From assembly GCF_963921235.1 (NCBI RefSeq), contig NC_086108.1, positions 77,378,001 through 77,442,000 of the forward strand: 64,000 nucleotides of DNA. Direction: 5' to 3'. The DNA comes from Mobula hypostoma. Its lineage: Eukaryota. The notes below the pieces were generated by a model. The model was not told where the DNA came from, did no database searches, and was given only the letters and a program-made list of their open reading frames with translations. Every line of letters begins with the position of its first letter. Position 1 is the first letter of the stretch. The translations under genes and the position numbers were made by a program. Positions 12,675 to 26,569 of the stretch are shown here, piece after piece.

Positions 12675-13485
12675 GCACAAGAGATTCTGCAGATGCTGGA
12701 AATCCATAGCAAGACACACGAGATGCTGGAGGAACTCAGCAGGTCAGGAGGCATCTATGGAAATGGATAAACAGTCGACAGTTCAGGCTGAGGCCCTTCT
12801 TCAGGACTGAAATGGAAGGAGAAAGATGCCAGACTAAGTCAGGGGGTGGGGGGAGGGGAGAGGGGGAAGGAGTACAAACTAGAAGGTGACAGGTGAAAGC
12901 AGGTGGGGTGGGTGGGGAAGAAGCTGGGAGGTGACAGGTGAGAAAAATAAAGGCTGGAGAAGAGGGAATCTGACAGTAGAAGAGAGTGGACAATGGGAAA
13001 AAGAGAAGGAGAGGGGTTCTGGGGGCGGGGATGATAGGCAAAAGAAGTAAGGGGGGCAGAGATAGGCAATGAAGAAGACAGGAGGGGGTAAAAATTATCA
13101 GTAGGTGGAGAAGTCGATGTTCATACCATCAGGTTGAAGGCTATCTAGACTGGATATAAAGTGTTACCCCTCCAACCTGAGAGTGCCTCATCATGACAGA
13201 AGAGACCATGGACTGACATGCCCGAATGGGAATGAGGATTGGAATTGTAATGGTTGGCCACCAGGAAATCCTGCTTTTTTGTGGATGGAACCAAGGTGCT
13301 CGACAAAGTTGTTGCCCCCAATCTATGCCAGGGCTCACCACTGCAGAGGAGGCACGTCAGGAACACCATATACACAACCACCAACACATTCACAGGTGAA
13401 GTGCTACTTCATCTGGAAGGACTGTCTGGGGCCATGAGTAGAGGTGAGGAAAAAGGGAAATGGGCAGGTGTAGCACTTCTGCCGA
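12675..13485 (-). mobile_element. Penelope-like element 3' part (GIY-YIG remnant and pLTR)
   Basis: CACAAGAGATTCTGCAGATGCTGG terminus; decayed hammerhead at ~12773-12808; remnants VANHYNSNPHSHSGMSVHGL. Confidence 0.8.
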
Positions 13486-13509
13486 TTTTCCCCTACCCCC
13501 CATGGGACT

Positions 13510-14460
13510 GGAGACTGTCTAGTCTCCCTTTCTCATTACCATTTACACCTTGGACTTCAACTACTGCACAGAGTCTTGTCATCTTCAGAAGTTTTAGGAT
13601 GACTCTGCCATAGTTGGATTTATCAGCAAGAGAGATGAGGCTAAGTACAGGGCTACGGTAGGAAACTTTGTCACATGGTGTGAGCAGAATTATCAGCAGC
13701 TTAATGTGAAAAAGACTAAGGAGCTGGTGGTAGACCTGAGGAGAGCTAAGGTACCGGTGACCCCGTTTTCATCCAGGGGGTCAGTGTGGACGTGGTGGAG
13801 GATTACAAATACCTGGGGATATGAATTGACAATAAACTGGACTGGTCAAAGAACACTGAGGCTGTCTACAAGAAGGGTCAGAGCCGTCTCTATTTCCTGA
13901 GGAGACTGAGGTCCTTTAACATCCGCCGGATGATGCTGAGGATGTTCTACGAGTCTGTGGTGGCCAGTGCTATCATGTTTGCTGTTGTGTGCTGGGGCAG
14001 CAGGCTGAGGGTAGCAGACACCAACAGAATCAACAAACTCATTCGTAAGGCCAGTGATGTTGTGGGGATGGAACTGGACTCTCTAACTGTGGTGTCTGAA
14101 AAGAGGATGCTGTGTAAGTTGCATGCCATCTTGGACAATGTTTCCCATCCACTACATAATGTACTGGTTGGGCACAGGAGTACATTCAGCCAGAGACTCA
14201 TTCCACCGAGATGCAGCACAGAGCATCATAGGAAGTCATTCCTGCCTGTGGCCATCAAATTTTACAACTCCTCCCTTGGAGGGTCAGACACCCTGAGCCA
14301 ATAGTCCGGTGCTGGACTTATTTAGTAATTTCCTGGCATAATTTACATATTACTATTTAACTATTTATGGTTCTATTACTATTTATTATTTATGGTGCAA
14401 CTGTAACGAAAACCAATTTTCCCCCGGGATCAATAAAGTATGACTATGACTATGACTATG
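13510..14460 (+). mobile_element. Young Rex1/Babar LINE, 5'-truncated
   Basis: Near-identical to 57405-58344; ORF MLRMFYESVVASAIMFAVVCWG...YNSSLGGSDTLSQ; AATAAA followed by a (GACTAT)n tail. Confidence 0.9.
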
Positions 14461-15335
14461 GCCCTCCCCCCTCCCTTCCACCCATGGTCCAGGACATAAT
14501 TCAGTTCGATGAAGTACTGTTATTGAAAAAATTAATGCAGATTAAGAGAAAAAGTTCTAAAGTGTACTAAGGCCTATTTCAATATTCCGAGAAAGGATTT
14601 AACATATGTGAAGCAAAAGCTACTTGAAGTTAAATCAGTCTCAGAACAAAGAGATAAATTTATGATAGGGTTTCAGGGGACTCACAAAGAAAAGGGTAGG
14701 TCTGCTATATATGGAACCTCCTGAAATACATGAAGGGCAAAAAAGTGAAGATTATGTGAGTTAATATTGTTAGTGAGGCAGAATGCCTGGAAAAGTATAG
14801 AAAGTGCAGTTGTGAAATTAAGACAGCAAAATGATGATATGTTGAAACACTGGTAACTAAAAATCAAAAAACTGTTGAAGGATAAAAGATTAATTAAGGA
14901 AAAAACAGCCTCTTTTACATAACTGGCTTTCACATAGCCAGATGGTCAAAGATACATATTGCTCATGGAATCTGAGAAGGTGTGGCTAATCGGATCCAAA
15001 ATTTGCTTTATATCGAGTTGCCAGAATGATTATTTTCTAGTTACTGACAAACTGGTGCTCACAGAGGACACAGAACCCAGTTTAATTTTTCTTTGTAAAA
15101 TATGTTGACAGTTGGTTGTTAAATTCAAGAGCATGGTAATGTTTTCAGAAAATGCAAAAATTGGCCCTGTGGATAACAGTGAAGGGGAATGCTTTAGATT
15201 GCAATAAGATAAAAAAGATGAGTTCAGAATCGAAATCAGAATCAGGTTTAATATCACTGGCATATGCTGTGAAATTTGTCTTTATGGTAGCAGTGTAGCA
15301 GAATACATAATAGAAAAGAAACAAAAACTGAATTA

Positions 15336-15529
15336 GACACAAACAACAGAAATTCTGCAGATGCTGGAAATTCAAGCAACACACATCAAAGTTGCTGGTG
15401 AACGCAGCAGGCCAGGCAGCATCTCTAGGAAGAGGTGCAGTCGACGTTTCAGGCCGAGACCCTTCGTCAGGACTAACTGAAGGAAGAGTGAGTAAGGGAT
15501 TTGAAAGTTGGAGGGGGAGGGGGAGATCC
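15336..15529 (-). mobile_element. Short PLE pLTR insertion
   Basis: 11-bp TSD AAACTGAATTA at 15325-15335 and 15530-15540; full terminus and an intact hammerhead. Confidence 0.9.
15439..15474 (-). ncRNA. Minimal type I hammerhead ribozyme (intact core)
   Basis: Minus strand reads AGTC-CTGACGA-AGGGTCTCGGCCT-GAAA-CGTC-GACT. Confidence 0.8.
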
Positions 15530-15553
15530 AAACTGAATTACTTTAAATATATA

Positions 15554-16437
15554 CAGCCGATCCTCCTTATCCGCGAGTTCCGCATGCGTGAATTCAACCA
15601 ACCGCGAATTGAGAAAACCCAGAAATGCTTTTCCAGCACTTGTTGTTCAAACATGTACAGACTTGTTTTTCCTTGTAATTATTCCCTAAACAATGCAGTA
15701 TAACAACTATTTTACACAGCACTTACATTGTATTAGGTATTGTAAGTAATCTAGAGATGATTTAAAATATACAGGAGGATGGTATAGGTTATCGTGGATC
15801 GGGATAAAAAAGAACAGAAGTTCTCTTACTAAGTAAGTCAGAACAGGTACATCTGGTATTATTTAGCGTCAGTTAGTCAAACGTTTGTCTTAGTATATAG
15901 TATATATATTTATCTTTCTATGCATATAAAACACTTAAGAAACGTATGTTTCAGCGCCGGGCTCGGGAACTAACATTCCCGAGTTCGATCCTGTGACAGA
16001 CTGCTCCATCTGTGCCGGGTTGATGTGGAGGATCAAATACCCAAAACCCCAAAACCCAATAATTAAACCACCGTGTTGCTTAGTAATAATTGTAGCTTTC
16101 ATCAGGGCAGGGCCTTTCTCACTTTATCCTTTAAAATTGTTCCAGTCGTTGACTGACTGTAACCTAATGCTTTTCCAATAACCGATGGCATTTCACCTCT
16201 TTCCGATCGCTTTATTATTTCCACTTTATTTTAAATCGTGATCGTGATTATTTTTGTGAACATAAACACTGCAGATTCAGAGCTCCACTGCCAGGTCCTA
16301 ATGCCCACCGCACTGAGACAGGTTAAATAAGGTCCACTGCATTGAGACAGGTTGAATAGGGGACTTGAGCATTCGCGTTTTTTGGTATCCGCGAAGGGTC
16401 CTGGAACCAATCCCTCGCAGATAAGGAGGGCCGATTG
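15554..16437. mobile_element. Tigger/pogo non-autonomous DNA transposon, MER2-like
   Basis: TIRs CAGCCGATCCTCCTTATCCGCG / CGCAGATAAGGAGGGCCGATTG; TA TSD at 15552-15553 and 16438-16439; subterminal sequence resembles MER2 as I recall it. Confidence 0.85.
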
Positions 16438-19400
16438 TACACTTACCTTCTAATAGTTGAATCAAACAAGTAGTGCAAAAAACTGAAATTTAAAAAATAG
16501 TGAGGGAGTGTTCATGGGTTCCATGTCCATTCAGAAGTCGGATGGCAGAGGGAAAGAAACTTCTCCTGAATCATTCAGTGTGTGCCTTCAGGCTTATGTA
16601 CCTCCTTGATGTTAGCAATGAGAACAAGGCATGACCTGGGTGATGGGAGTCCTTAATGATGGACTTTTTGAGGTTTTGTTCCTGGAAGGTGTTCTGGATG
16701 CTATAGAGTTTAGTGCCCATGATGGAGCAGGCTAAGTTTACAAATGCCTTCAGCTTTTGATCCTGTAAAATAGCCCCCTTGCCCCCATGCCAGTTATAAT
16801 ACTCCCTAAGGGACATCTGGAGAAATTTGCAAGTGTTTTTGGTGACATACCAAATCTCCTCAAACAATATAGCTGTTGTCATGCTTTCATTCTAGCTGTA
16901 GCTGTTCAGTTTAGATCCTCAGAGATATTGACACCCAGGAACTTGAAATTGCCCACTCTTTCTACCTCTGATCCCTCTATGAGGATTGGTGTGTGTTCCC
17001 TCATCTTACCCTTTCTGAAGTCCACAATCAGTTGTTTGGTCTTAGTTGGTATAATACCAGATGGAATTTAATGGAATTGAAGAGAAAAGGACAAATCCAA
17101 GGAATATAAAGTAAACATAAGGTTATTGATGAACAAAAGACTTTATAGTGTACATTCATAGATCATTAAAGGTACCGAGACAGGTCAGTAAAGTCATTAG
17201 AAAAGCATATACAATGCTTCCCCTTATTAGCTAGTGAATATAACATAGGAGTCGGAATTTTATGAACTTATAAAATTCAATTTAAGTGCTAAATAAACAT
17301 TGACATGAAGAATGAATTTGTTCCTTCAACTGAGTACCACACACTATTATCCTTGAGAGTATAACTTTTTTTTTACTATTTTGCATTGTTTAAGAAGAGA
17401 ACCACACATGCCCTACAACTCAGCTAAAAAGTAATAAAGATTATAATGATGAAGAAGCACACAAATCATTGGATTTTGTGATCTTTATCACTTTCATCAG
17501 TGAGTTCCCTGGATGTATATTACAGTGTATGCTATAAATGGAATTTGCTTTGTATTTAAGTAAGAATCAATGAAACTCTTCCCGGCCTGGGGACACCAAG
17601 CACAGTAAGTGAACTACTGATGTGGTTGAAAACACCTAAGGCTCTCTGTCTAATTGAAACTTGAACCTTCTTATAAAACAGAAATATTGGAAGTCAATGG
17701 TTTGGTTGTGCAACCCTTTCTCAGACAATTGATAATCAAAAATATTGCCTGGTTTCTCTTTCTGTAAATGCTGCTTGACTACTTGAGTTCTCCTAGCATT
17801 TCTGCTTTTACTTCATTCAGATTCCAGGAGCTGCAGGTTTGCTGGTTTTCCAGACCCTTCTCCCTGGGTTGTCACACGAGTGGAGAAAAAGTCTCTTTGA
17901 AGAATATAATGAAAGCGAGGGATTGTGAATTCTGTTTTATCCTGAAAGCAATTAAGTGTAAAGTGCCTGATTTGATATAATGAGTGTTACTCTTGTTTAT
18001 TTCTTTACCGTGACTGATAAATATATTAGGCATTGAGAGAATGATTTTTCTGACTAGAGATTAAATACAGGTGCAGGTTGCAGAGGGTGAGTAGGAATGG
18101 AGGGCAGAGAGGAACATATTCTCAGAATATACATGTGGCTTTTTTGGAATGAAATGAGGAGGAATCTTTTTACTCAAAAGGTTGTGAATATTTAGACTTC
18201 TTGGCTAGGAACTTGTCTTTACTTGCCTTTGATCTGGCAAAAATCACAGCTGTATAAATGGACTCGCTCTTTGCACCAACCCTGACTGAATAAGTAAAGC
18301 TAGCTGAGGTGCTAGAAACTCAGTATGAGCAATTATATGGACAAACCTACCTACTGGTGCTCATCAGTTGCACTAACTTCATCCCATTGCTTCACAGCGC
18401 ACCAGGTTTAATGAAGAACGATGTTGTCGTTAAGACTGATTTTTTTATTCATAATAGGCAATAACAATTGGACCTATATACAACCCAGACTAGTGCTAAA
18501 TGCAGAATCAAGAATACAAGTATTAGTACCAGCAATACTAGTAAGGAAACACCTGGCAGATCAAAGCTACTAATCATTGTGACAAAGATTACAACATTTC
18601 CATTTTTGAAATTATCAAGGATATATTGATATATTTTAAGTCAAAATTTTAGTATAAAAGTGGTCCCAGATATTTCATGACCAAATGTTTCCGTGTAAAC
18701 AGGCTGTTGATACTGAATATTGATTTTGTCATTACTGAATCGTATTTTAGAGCAACAAGCAAGCCAATTTGATCATGAACAATGCAGCAAGTTATTGAAC
18801 ACAATCATAAAAGTGGTTAAATATTTTTTATAAATTATCTTGTAAATAACTTGCCAGTCAAGTGCATTCTTTTTTAACATTCTAGGAATTCCAGCATTTT
18901 GACCTTTTGTTTACAAATTGAGATAATTTTAGCAGCTAGTTAATGAAGTTGACCTTTACATTCAGAGTACTTGGATTCTGCCTAATAGCAATTGAACTTA
19001 TTTCTTCGCGAGTAACCTAATCTAAAAGAAACCAAGTTAAGAAGGTACATTTTCAATGAGCAGCTGTTAATTACTTTTGTTTCTGTTCATTTGGAAATGA
19101 AATTAAACAAAGTGTTCAAAATATATTTTTCTGTAACAATGTAAGTTCATTCTTGATTGGGTCCATCCTGCAAAAGATCCACTCAGCCCTATCCTGCTTC
19201 CAGAACTAAAGTAAACTGCCTGATCTGGTCACTTTAGCTTTTGCAAAAATGGTAAGTAGAAGTGTTTTTATGTTTTCCATCACAGGATAATGAAAAATGA
19301 TATCCCTCCTCTGAAACACATCGTCATCTATTTCTCACACCTCTAGGCAATACCATCCCAATGCATGATATTAGTTTCCACATATCAGCTGATTATAGGA

Positions 19401-21521
19401 TCATAGAAAGTAGATCATTCAGTTGGAGGCTATGTGTTCAATTGTGCATGCCAAGAGAAAGAGCTATCCAGCCTAATCCCACCTTCCAGCACTGATGCAT
19501 GGCCCTGAAAGTCGGGTCCAATCGAGTACACATCCTATTACTGTTTAAGTGTGATGAGGGATACTGTCTAACAACCTTGTAAGTGACAAATCCCTGCCAG
19601 CCTCTAGTTCAAAAGGTATTTCACATCTCTAGTCTGTTTATTTTACTCTCTACTATGTTCTAAAAATATGTTCAATGTGTAGGTTGCCAGTTTAAAAAAT
19701 TTAGTAATCATTATAGTACTAATTATTGACCTAAGTAAAGACCATGCTTTTAAAAGGGAAACTAGAATACTTAAGAGCTGCCTGTTGTATGGAACATAGT
19801 GAACACAGCCCCCACATCCACCCCCACCAACAACTTTGTTCTTACTGCATAGATAAGTAATGGAAGAGCTGTAGCAGAAGACACTATAAATTGCCAAATG
19901 ACTAACAATACATTATGATCATGCTAACTTTATCACATTTCCATGGAACATGTTAAGAGCAACAAAGTCAAAGGACCTGTTCTTTGGGGGAAAAAAATCA
20001 TTAACTATCTTTTACTCTTTTCATTGGGCAGTAAAAGAATCAGAACAACGTGAACCATAGCATGCAAGAAGAATTAATAAGTAATCCATGTTTTCTCATA
20101 AAAACATCAGGGCTCTCCTTATTAAATGAGACAAAAAGGCTGAGGATATTAATCGTGAGCAACACACACCTGCGAATAGAATTTGCTGAGACTTAAAGAA
20201 TCTTAAAAGCCTAATACAAAAGTTATGCCTAAAGCCTCCCCATCTCTATGATTACAGTTTGATGAAGTACTGTTTTTTCGCAATGAACTGATAATACTTT
20301 TAAACAAAATATTACTGTACTCTGTCAAAATCGGTGTTGTCAAAAATGTTAACCATATAACTTAGCCATTTCTATTTCTCTCTGTCTGATAGTTACAAGT
20401 TTTGTTGGCAATGGTGTTACTCATGAAGCAAGAGAGAGCGAAAATGAACATGAAGTTAAGCTGAAAATAGAATATGAAATTGTGCAAGTGTGTAGTTTAT
20501 TGAATTAATATTTGTTATAGCTGTTGGTACAATGCTGTGCCATAAATCTATGAATAATAGCTAACTTCATAAGCTTTGACAAGTTGTTACAGGATCAAAA
20601 GGTACTTAGTAATAAGAAAGGCCACTTAATCACTTAATTTCATCCATCCGGAATAATCCACTATGTAAGGATTTCTTAACTGTTCTGCCAATAGTGTCTT
20701 CATTGTCTTTAAATGTTGATCAGTCTCTATGTGAAGAAATCTGCCTTGAATTGGAGACAGAAACTGATGGAACTGTTAAACGGAAGAGACAGCATTTGTG
20801 CAAAGCAGAGCTAATGCTTCTGGTTGAGGATATAAAAGATGGATTGATCAGACTCTTGATGAAAGAGCATTAATTTCAAATATTAACTCTTTCACCCTGA
20901 CAGATGCTGCCAATGTTTCTAGTATTTTCTGCTTTTATTTCACATTCCATATTGCTGCTGTTTTAGTCAGACCTGAAATTAGCACTAAACTTACCTATTA
21001 TTAATATGAGCTTGTGACTTCTTATTCCAAATATTTACTTAAAATAATGCAGCAAATGATTTTCTTCCCAATTGTCTATAATCTCAAGCAACTCAAGAAA
21101 ATCACAAATTGAGCATGTTCTTTTTCAAGATGAATGACTGGGGCATTAGGGCATTCATTGTGACTGTCAGCAGTGATGTAAGGTAGAAGATCTTGGTTCA
21201 GACACCTGCTTTACATTCCCATTAATAATCATTTCCCTTAACTTCAATGGAGATGAGAACCATGAGAGGTGCTTAACAAGTGGCTGAATGGATATGGCCC
21301 TTCTTATGACAACGTTCAGTTTCCTGAATCTTTCTTCTTGCCTCTGCCCCTTGGCACTAGGGATCAACCTCATTCCATTGTTTCTGCTGTGCATGAAGCA
21401 CCTGAATGTTTTTCTTGTTGCCTGACAACCAGAACTGGAATGAGACATTTAAAGTGGAGTCAGACCAGAGCATTATACAGCTGGATCATGACTTGTATTT
21501 TATTGCTTTTTCAAATGCCAT

Positions 21522-21965
21522 TCAGAATCAGGTTTATTATCACTGCCATATGTCGTGAAATTTGTTGTTTTATGGCAGCAATACAGTGCAAGACTTTAAA
21601 AAATTACTATAGGTTACAATATAACAATAAATAAATAAGAGTTAAAAGTTCAAAGTAAGTTTATTGTCAAAGTACAAAAATGTCACCATATACAGGCATG
21701 TGATTCATTTTCTTGCAGGCATACTCAAAAAATCCAAGAACAAAAGACAAACAATGAGGTGATGCTCACTTACTGTTCAGAAATCTGATGGCAGAGGGGA
21801 AGATGCTGTTCCTAAAACATTATTTGTGGGTTTTCAGCACCTGTACCTCCTCCCTAATGGCAATAATGAGAAAAAAGCACATTGCAGGTGGTCAGAGTCC
21901 TTACAGAAAGATGCTGCCTTCTTGATGCATTGCTTATTGAAGATGTGCTCAGTGGTGTGGAGGTT
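21522..21965 (-). mobile_element. Rex1/Babar 3' end with a second LINE tail nested at ~21642-21750
   Basis: TCAGAATCAGGTTTATTATCACTG tail; AAAGTTCAAAGTAAGTTTATTGTCAAAGTAC second tail; AATCTGATGGCAGAGGGGAAG ORF end. Confidence 0.65.
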
Positions 21966-23329
21966 TGTTACACTTCAAAATTTCAGCACATTATATTCCC
22001 ATTAAACAACTGTTCACCAACTTCTCTTCCTGGGCCAGATAATAATTTTCATTATTCATTTCTCCATCCCTTTCTTCATCACAATTACTCTTCTCAGAAA
22101 GCAAAGTTTAACACTTCTATCTTCATACTTTCTCTCTATACAATTTTTGAAATGGGGTAGCCTCTTTTTGAGCAACTTTTACATCCAATTTATTGGCTCA
22201 TCTCCTGGAATTGGGTATCTGTCCATACCATTATACGTAAAGAACTCTGATCAAAGGTGTCAATGATATCCAATGTTGTTGTGACATACTCTTCTGTCTA
22301 TCTTTGTCCTTGACCCTCTGTCTGCATCGTTTCATCCTGTCACTTCATCCACTGGACAAGACTGTAATCATCTGGTTTTATTTCAGGATGACTAGGATTA
22401 TTATCTCTTGTTATGCTCCTCTGGGATGCATCCTTACATTTCCACCTATTTCTCATTGCTCTTTGGCAATTCTATTCCAAAGCACGACATAAATGTATCT
22501 GCTGATTACAGAATCATAGTAAGTTTGATGATGTGGGAGTTAGTTTGGTCCACCGTGTGTGTCAGCTGAGAAAGAGCTAATTCCACCTCTGGCATTGATT
22601 TGTGGTCTAGACTCAATAAGTGCAAAGTACTGTTCAAATATGACAATGGATTTTTGCCTCTATTGCCCTGTCAGGCGGTGAGACCCAGACCCCACCAACT
22701 TATCTCCCCTCTAATCCTTCTATCAATTGATTTAAATTGCTCCCATTCTGGTTTTGCCATCATCACTCTTGAGATCTATATCCTATCCAACTTGCCAGAT
22801 TAAATGTCCGAATCCAGGTATGAATGAGCAGAAATTGTATTTGAATTAATAATGACAAGGTCAGGTGCAAGAAAAGACTCAGTAAGTCAGGCAGTATCTA
22901 TAGAGAGAAAAACAATATTAATTTCATGGTGCTCACTCTTTATCTGAACTGTTGTCCATGGATGTTCCTCGGGATCCACTCTTTCATCTTGCAGCTCCAT
23001 CCCTTTTGTTTTTTTATTTCTGTTTACTTCACTGGCACTTTTCATCCAGGCAATTCTAGTGAAAGACTATCAACCTGAAATGTTGACTTGGTACTCTCTC
23101 CCTAGATGCTGTTTGACTTCCTGAGTATTTCCAGCTAATTCTGTTTTCATTTTAGTTCTAGTATCTATAGTTTAAATTTTCTGGGATGGGAAGACAAATC
23201 CCATCATCTTCCAACCCCAACCATTAACTAATTTCTAGTTCTATCCCTTTCCTTGGCTGCCTTCTGAATCTAAGCCACAATGTTAAAACTTTCTCATTCT
23301 TGACCATCATTGGAGGTGATGATCTCACA

Positions 23330-23948
23330 TCCCTGTCGACTCTAAGGTCACCTTTCTCCATCTGCACAGTGTTGCCTGACTTTGGTCCTGTCTTAAATGC
23401 CGTTCAAAACCTCATTCCTGCCTTTCTTACACAGTAGCTTGTCTATTTCAATGCATTCTTGGTAGGCGCACCTTATTTCCTTCTCTGGAAACTTCAGGTC
23501 ATTCAAATCATTGTGTCCTAATGCACCCAGTTCATCCATCATCCTTAAACCCACTGACTTATCGATCTGCTGTTAAGCAACACCTTGAAATTAAAATTTC
23601 ATTTTTGTTTTTTAAATCTTTATGTGATCTCTTTCCTCCTTAGCTTTGTAATCTCCTCCACTAGGATATTGGCATTCCTCCAGTTTTGGATGCTTGCATA
23701 ACACTGAGATTAATTGCTCCACTTATGGTGGCCCTGCCTTCAGTAACCAGGAAACTCTAAACTTCTCCACTCCTCTGTCCTTTATGAGTCTCAAACTATA
23801 CACCTTTGATCAAGTCAGTGGTCCTAAATAACATCTCCTGTGGCTTGGCAGAAGTTATATTTAATTGGTAATGTTCTTGTGAAGCACTTTAGGACATTTT
23901 TGCTATGTTAAAGATATGAGGAATGTAAAAAGCTGTTGTTGTTGTTGC
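23330..23948 (+). mobile_element. Old L2 LINE 3' end
   Basis: Decayed LI.AF.T..L.YFNAFLVG motif and the L2-type terminus GTGAAGCACTTTAGGACATTTTTGCTATGTTAAAG...(GTT)n. Confidence 0.6.
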
Positions 23949-24696
23949 TCTCAACCATACTGAGGTTTAGGCATGACAGCTGTCTCCGTACGTGGAAGAA
24001 AAGAATTATCCCGAACTCTTCACCCTCTTTCCTCCAGTTAGTCTCTTGTTTGAAGCTAGGTACGGACAGAACTAGTCTTCTTCTGATACATTCCATGCTA
24101 GAATCACAAATATCGTAGCTCTGCTCAGAAGAATAGCAATTGAGTAAAGACTGAGAGGCTGCCCTGTCTCCAAAATATTGTCTCTTGATAAAGAATCTAC
24201 AACTTAGTAGAGAAAAGAAGGGAACAGTTAAAGCAAAAATGACATTGCAAGTTTACTCAATAAATAAATAATGTGCTTAATGGAAGTGAAAACTGATATA
24301 CATCAGCTAACATATGCCTGTCATAACACTACAATGAAGAAAATTAAAATGGTAGAAGGAACCTCTGAAAAGTACTTTGCAATGAGTGTTATTTTCAAGC
24401 TTTGAAAAAAGAATGATGAATCTAATATAATTCTGTGGTATACAGCCAGAACAGTTAATGATTAATAAAGCTTAAAATTTCAGTTTACTATCAGTTAAAA
24501 TGTATTGTCTAAAATGCAGCATTGAAGTAGTAGTCGAGCAGAATGTAGTATTCAAAGAGGTGATGGATAAATATCCAAAAAGAAAGAATTGGTGGGACAG
24601 TGGGAAGAGGCATGTAGTGGGATTGGCTGGAACAGGTCTTACGTTGAGCAGATGCAGACATTCCAAGCTGGTTTGCCCCCTTTGCTAGTGCAATCC

Positions 24697-24945
24697 TTCA
24701 AAGTTCAAAGTAAATTTATTGGCAAAGTGCATCTACATCACCAAATGCAACCCTGGGATTCATTTTCTTGTGGACATACTCAATAAATCCAACAGCCATA
24801 ACAGAATCAATGAAAGACAACACCAACTGTATGCACAACCAATGTGTAGAAATCAATAAACTGTGCAAATACAGAAAGAAAGAATAATAATAATAAACAA
24901 ATAAGCAATAAATATAATGAACATGAGATGAAAACTTCTTGAAAA
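24697..24945 (-). mobile_element. Rex1/Babar 3' UTR fragment
   Basis: Reverse complement of the 45600-45706 tail (TTCAAAGTTCAAAGTAAATTTATT...). Confidence 0.7.
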
Positions 24946-26569
24946 TGCATTCTGAAGATTGTGAAACTTGTAGTTCAATAAGTCGATTTAAAAGTACGTT
25001 GCTTAAAGGGAAGTCACATGCTACAGATTGTAGTGAGAATAATTCAAAAGAGATATATTTCTGTGATTCTGTGAAAAATTAAGGTACTGTAATGCACCAA
25101 TGTCTCTTGCCTAAAAGCATTGCTAATCAAAATGTCCAGTTGGAACACTATACTTCTGATAAAATGCAGAAAACAAGGTGATCGGTACATGTAAATGAGA
25201 TGGCCTGTGATCAACAAACCTCAAAACTGTTTGATGTCACGTGAAGTGAGTTCATCAGCCACTGAGTCAACAAGTTAAGCCTAAAATATGATGACATTTT
25301 TTTTTACTTGTCTTGGTATATAAGCAACACAGCAAATCAGCATTTCTTGCCCATCCCTGGATTTCCCTTAGGGCAGCAAGAACAAACACTGAGTAATTAG
25401 TGCACCAGCCTAGAACTATGCAATAGGTTTCCTTCCCTGACAGAAGGATGATCATGCTGGTTTTTAATTACAATCCAACAACTTTGGGAATTACAACATA
25501 AACAATAAATATGTTGACATGAAAAATAAGTCATATCAATATTGGGGAGAAAAAAACATTTCCTGCAGGATACTTAAATCAGGACATAAGCTGATTTAGG
25601 TTTGAAATAATTTGGCTGGCTAGAGAGCTGAGACTGAAATAGAAGGCCCAAAATTCAACTGTATTGGCAATGATTTTAATATGCTTCTCAATAAGTAAAA
25701 CCGATAATCGGTTATCTGACTACTTAGAAAACCTGACAGCTTGGAACCTGGCTCACTGAAAAGTGATTCCTGCACCCTTTTCCACTCATCAGGACCACAG
25801 TTCCTGCACTCCCTTCCACCCTTTGAATCACTGGGATCCAGTTTCCTGCACTTTTTAAACTCACCTGTCTCTGTTAACTGGGCTCCCTTTAAACTTCAAT
25901 GGTTGTGTGGATAATGTATTATTTAATTGTTTAACATTGTTAGATAATGAGTTAAAATGTGCTAGCTTATTAAAATTGCTAATATGTTTCACTGATTTTA
26001 TACCTGTAATGATTGATGAATCATTAATGAATGATTAATAATTAAAAGTCCATGGCTGTCTAAGTACTGAGTTTTTTTTGTCACAACAGTAGTGTTACAC
26101 TGGGAATTTGTTGAATGCCTGTTTCTTTTCTGTGCAGAAAGAAGTGCAGAACCTATAAAAGCTGGATGGTTTGTATCCAACTAAAGTAATTTCCTAAAAA
26201 CCATGTCCATATACATTTGTTGGAGGAGCCTGGAAGTTAACATGAGTAACTTAACTTGCTTAAGAAATGTCTGCATCCAAACTCAATCAGGTACTCTTAA
26301 TGTCAAAAGCCACAACAAATCTTCATATGTTGAGATTTCTCTGAGGTGGCGTGTGACTTTCAAGAAGCTTGTGAAAGGAAGCAGTCATTAGTGCCATGCG
26401 AAATGTAAGCACATTTAAATGAACTTGGTCACTGATGCAATAGGAAGAGCAAAGGTGAAAGGTGAAAGGTGATTGGGAGACTACTGTCCTTGAAAACCTG
26501 GATGAAGGGTGGCTCCTAAATGAGTATCAATGTTCATCCATAGAAATACCTCAGCTGGAGGTATACCTC

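Larger units (their letters stand above)
15224..17045 (-). mobile_element. Rex1/Babar LINE 3' portion, host of two nested insertions
   Basis: (TCAGAA)n tail at 15224-15245; the 3' UTR resumes at 16440; minus ORF SIIKDSHHPGHALFSLL and FKFLGVNISEDL motifs. Confidence 0.8.
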
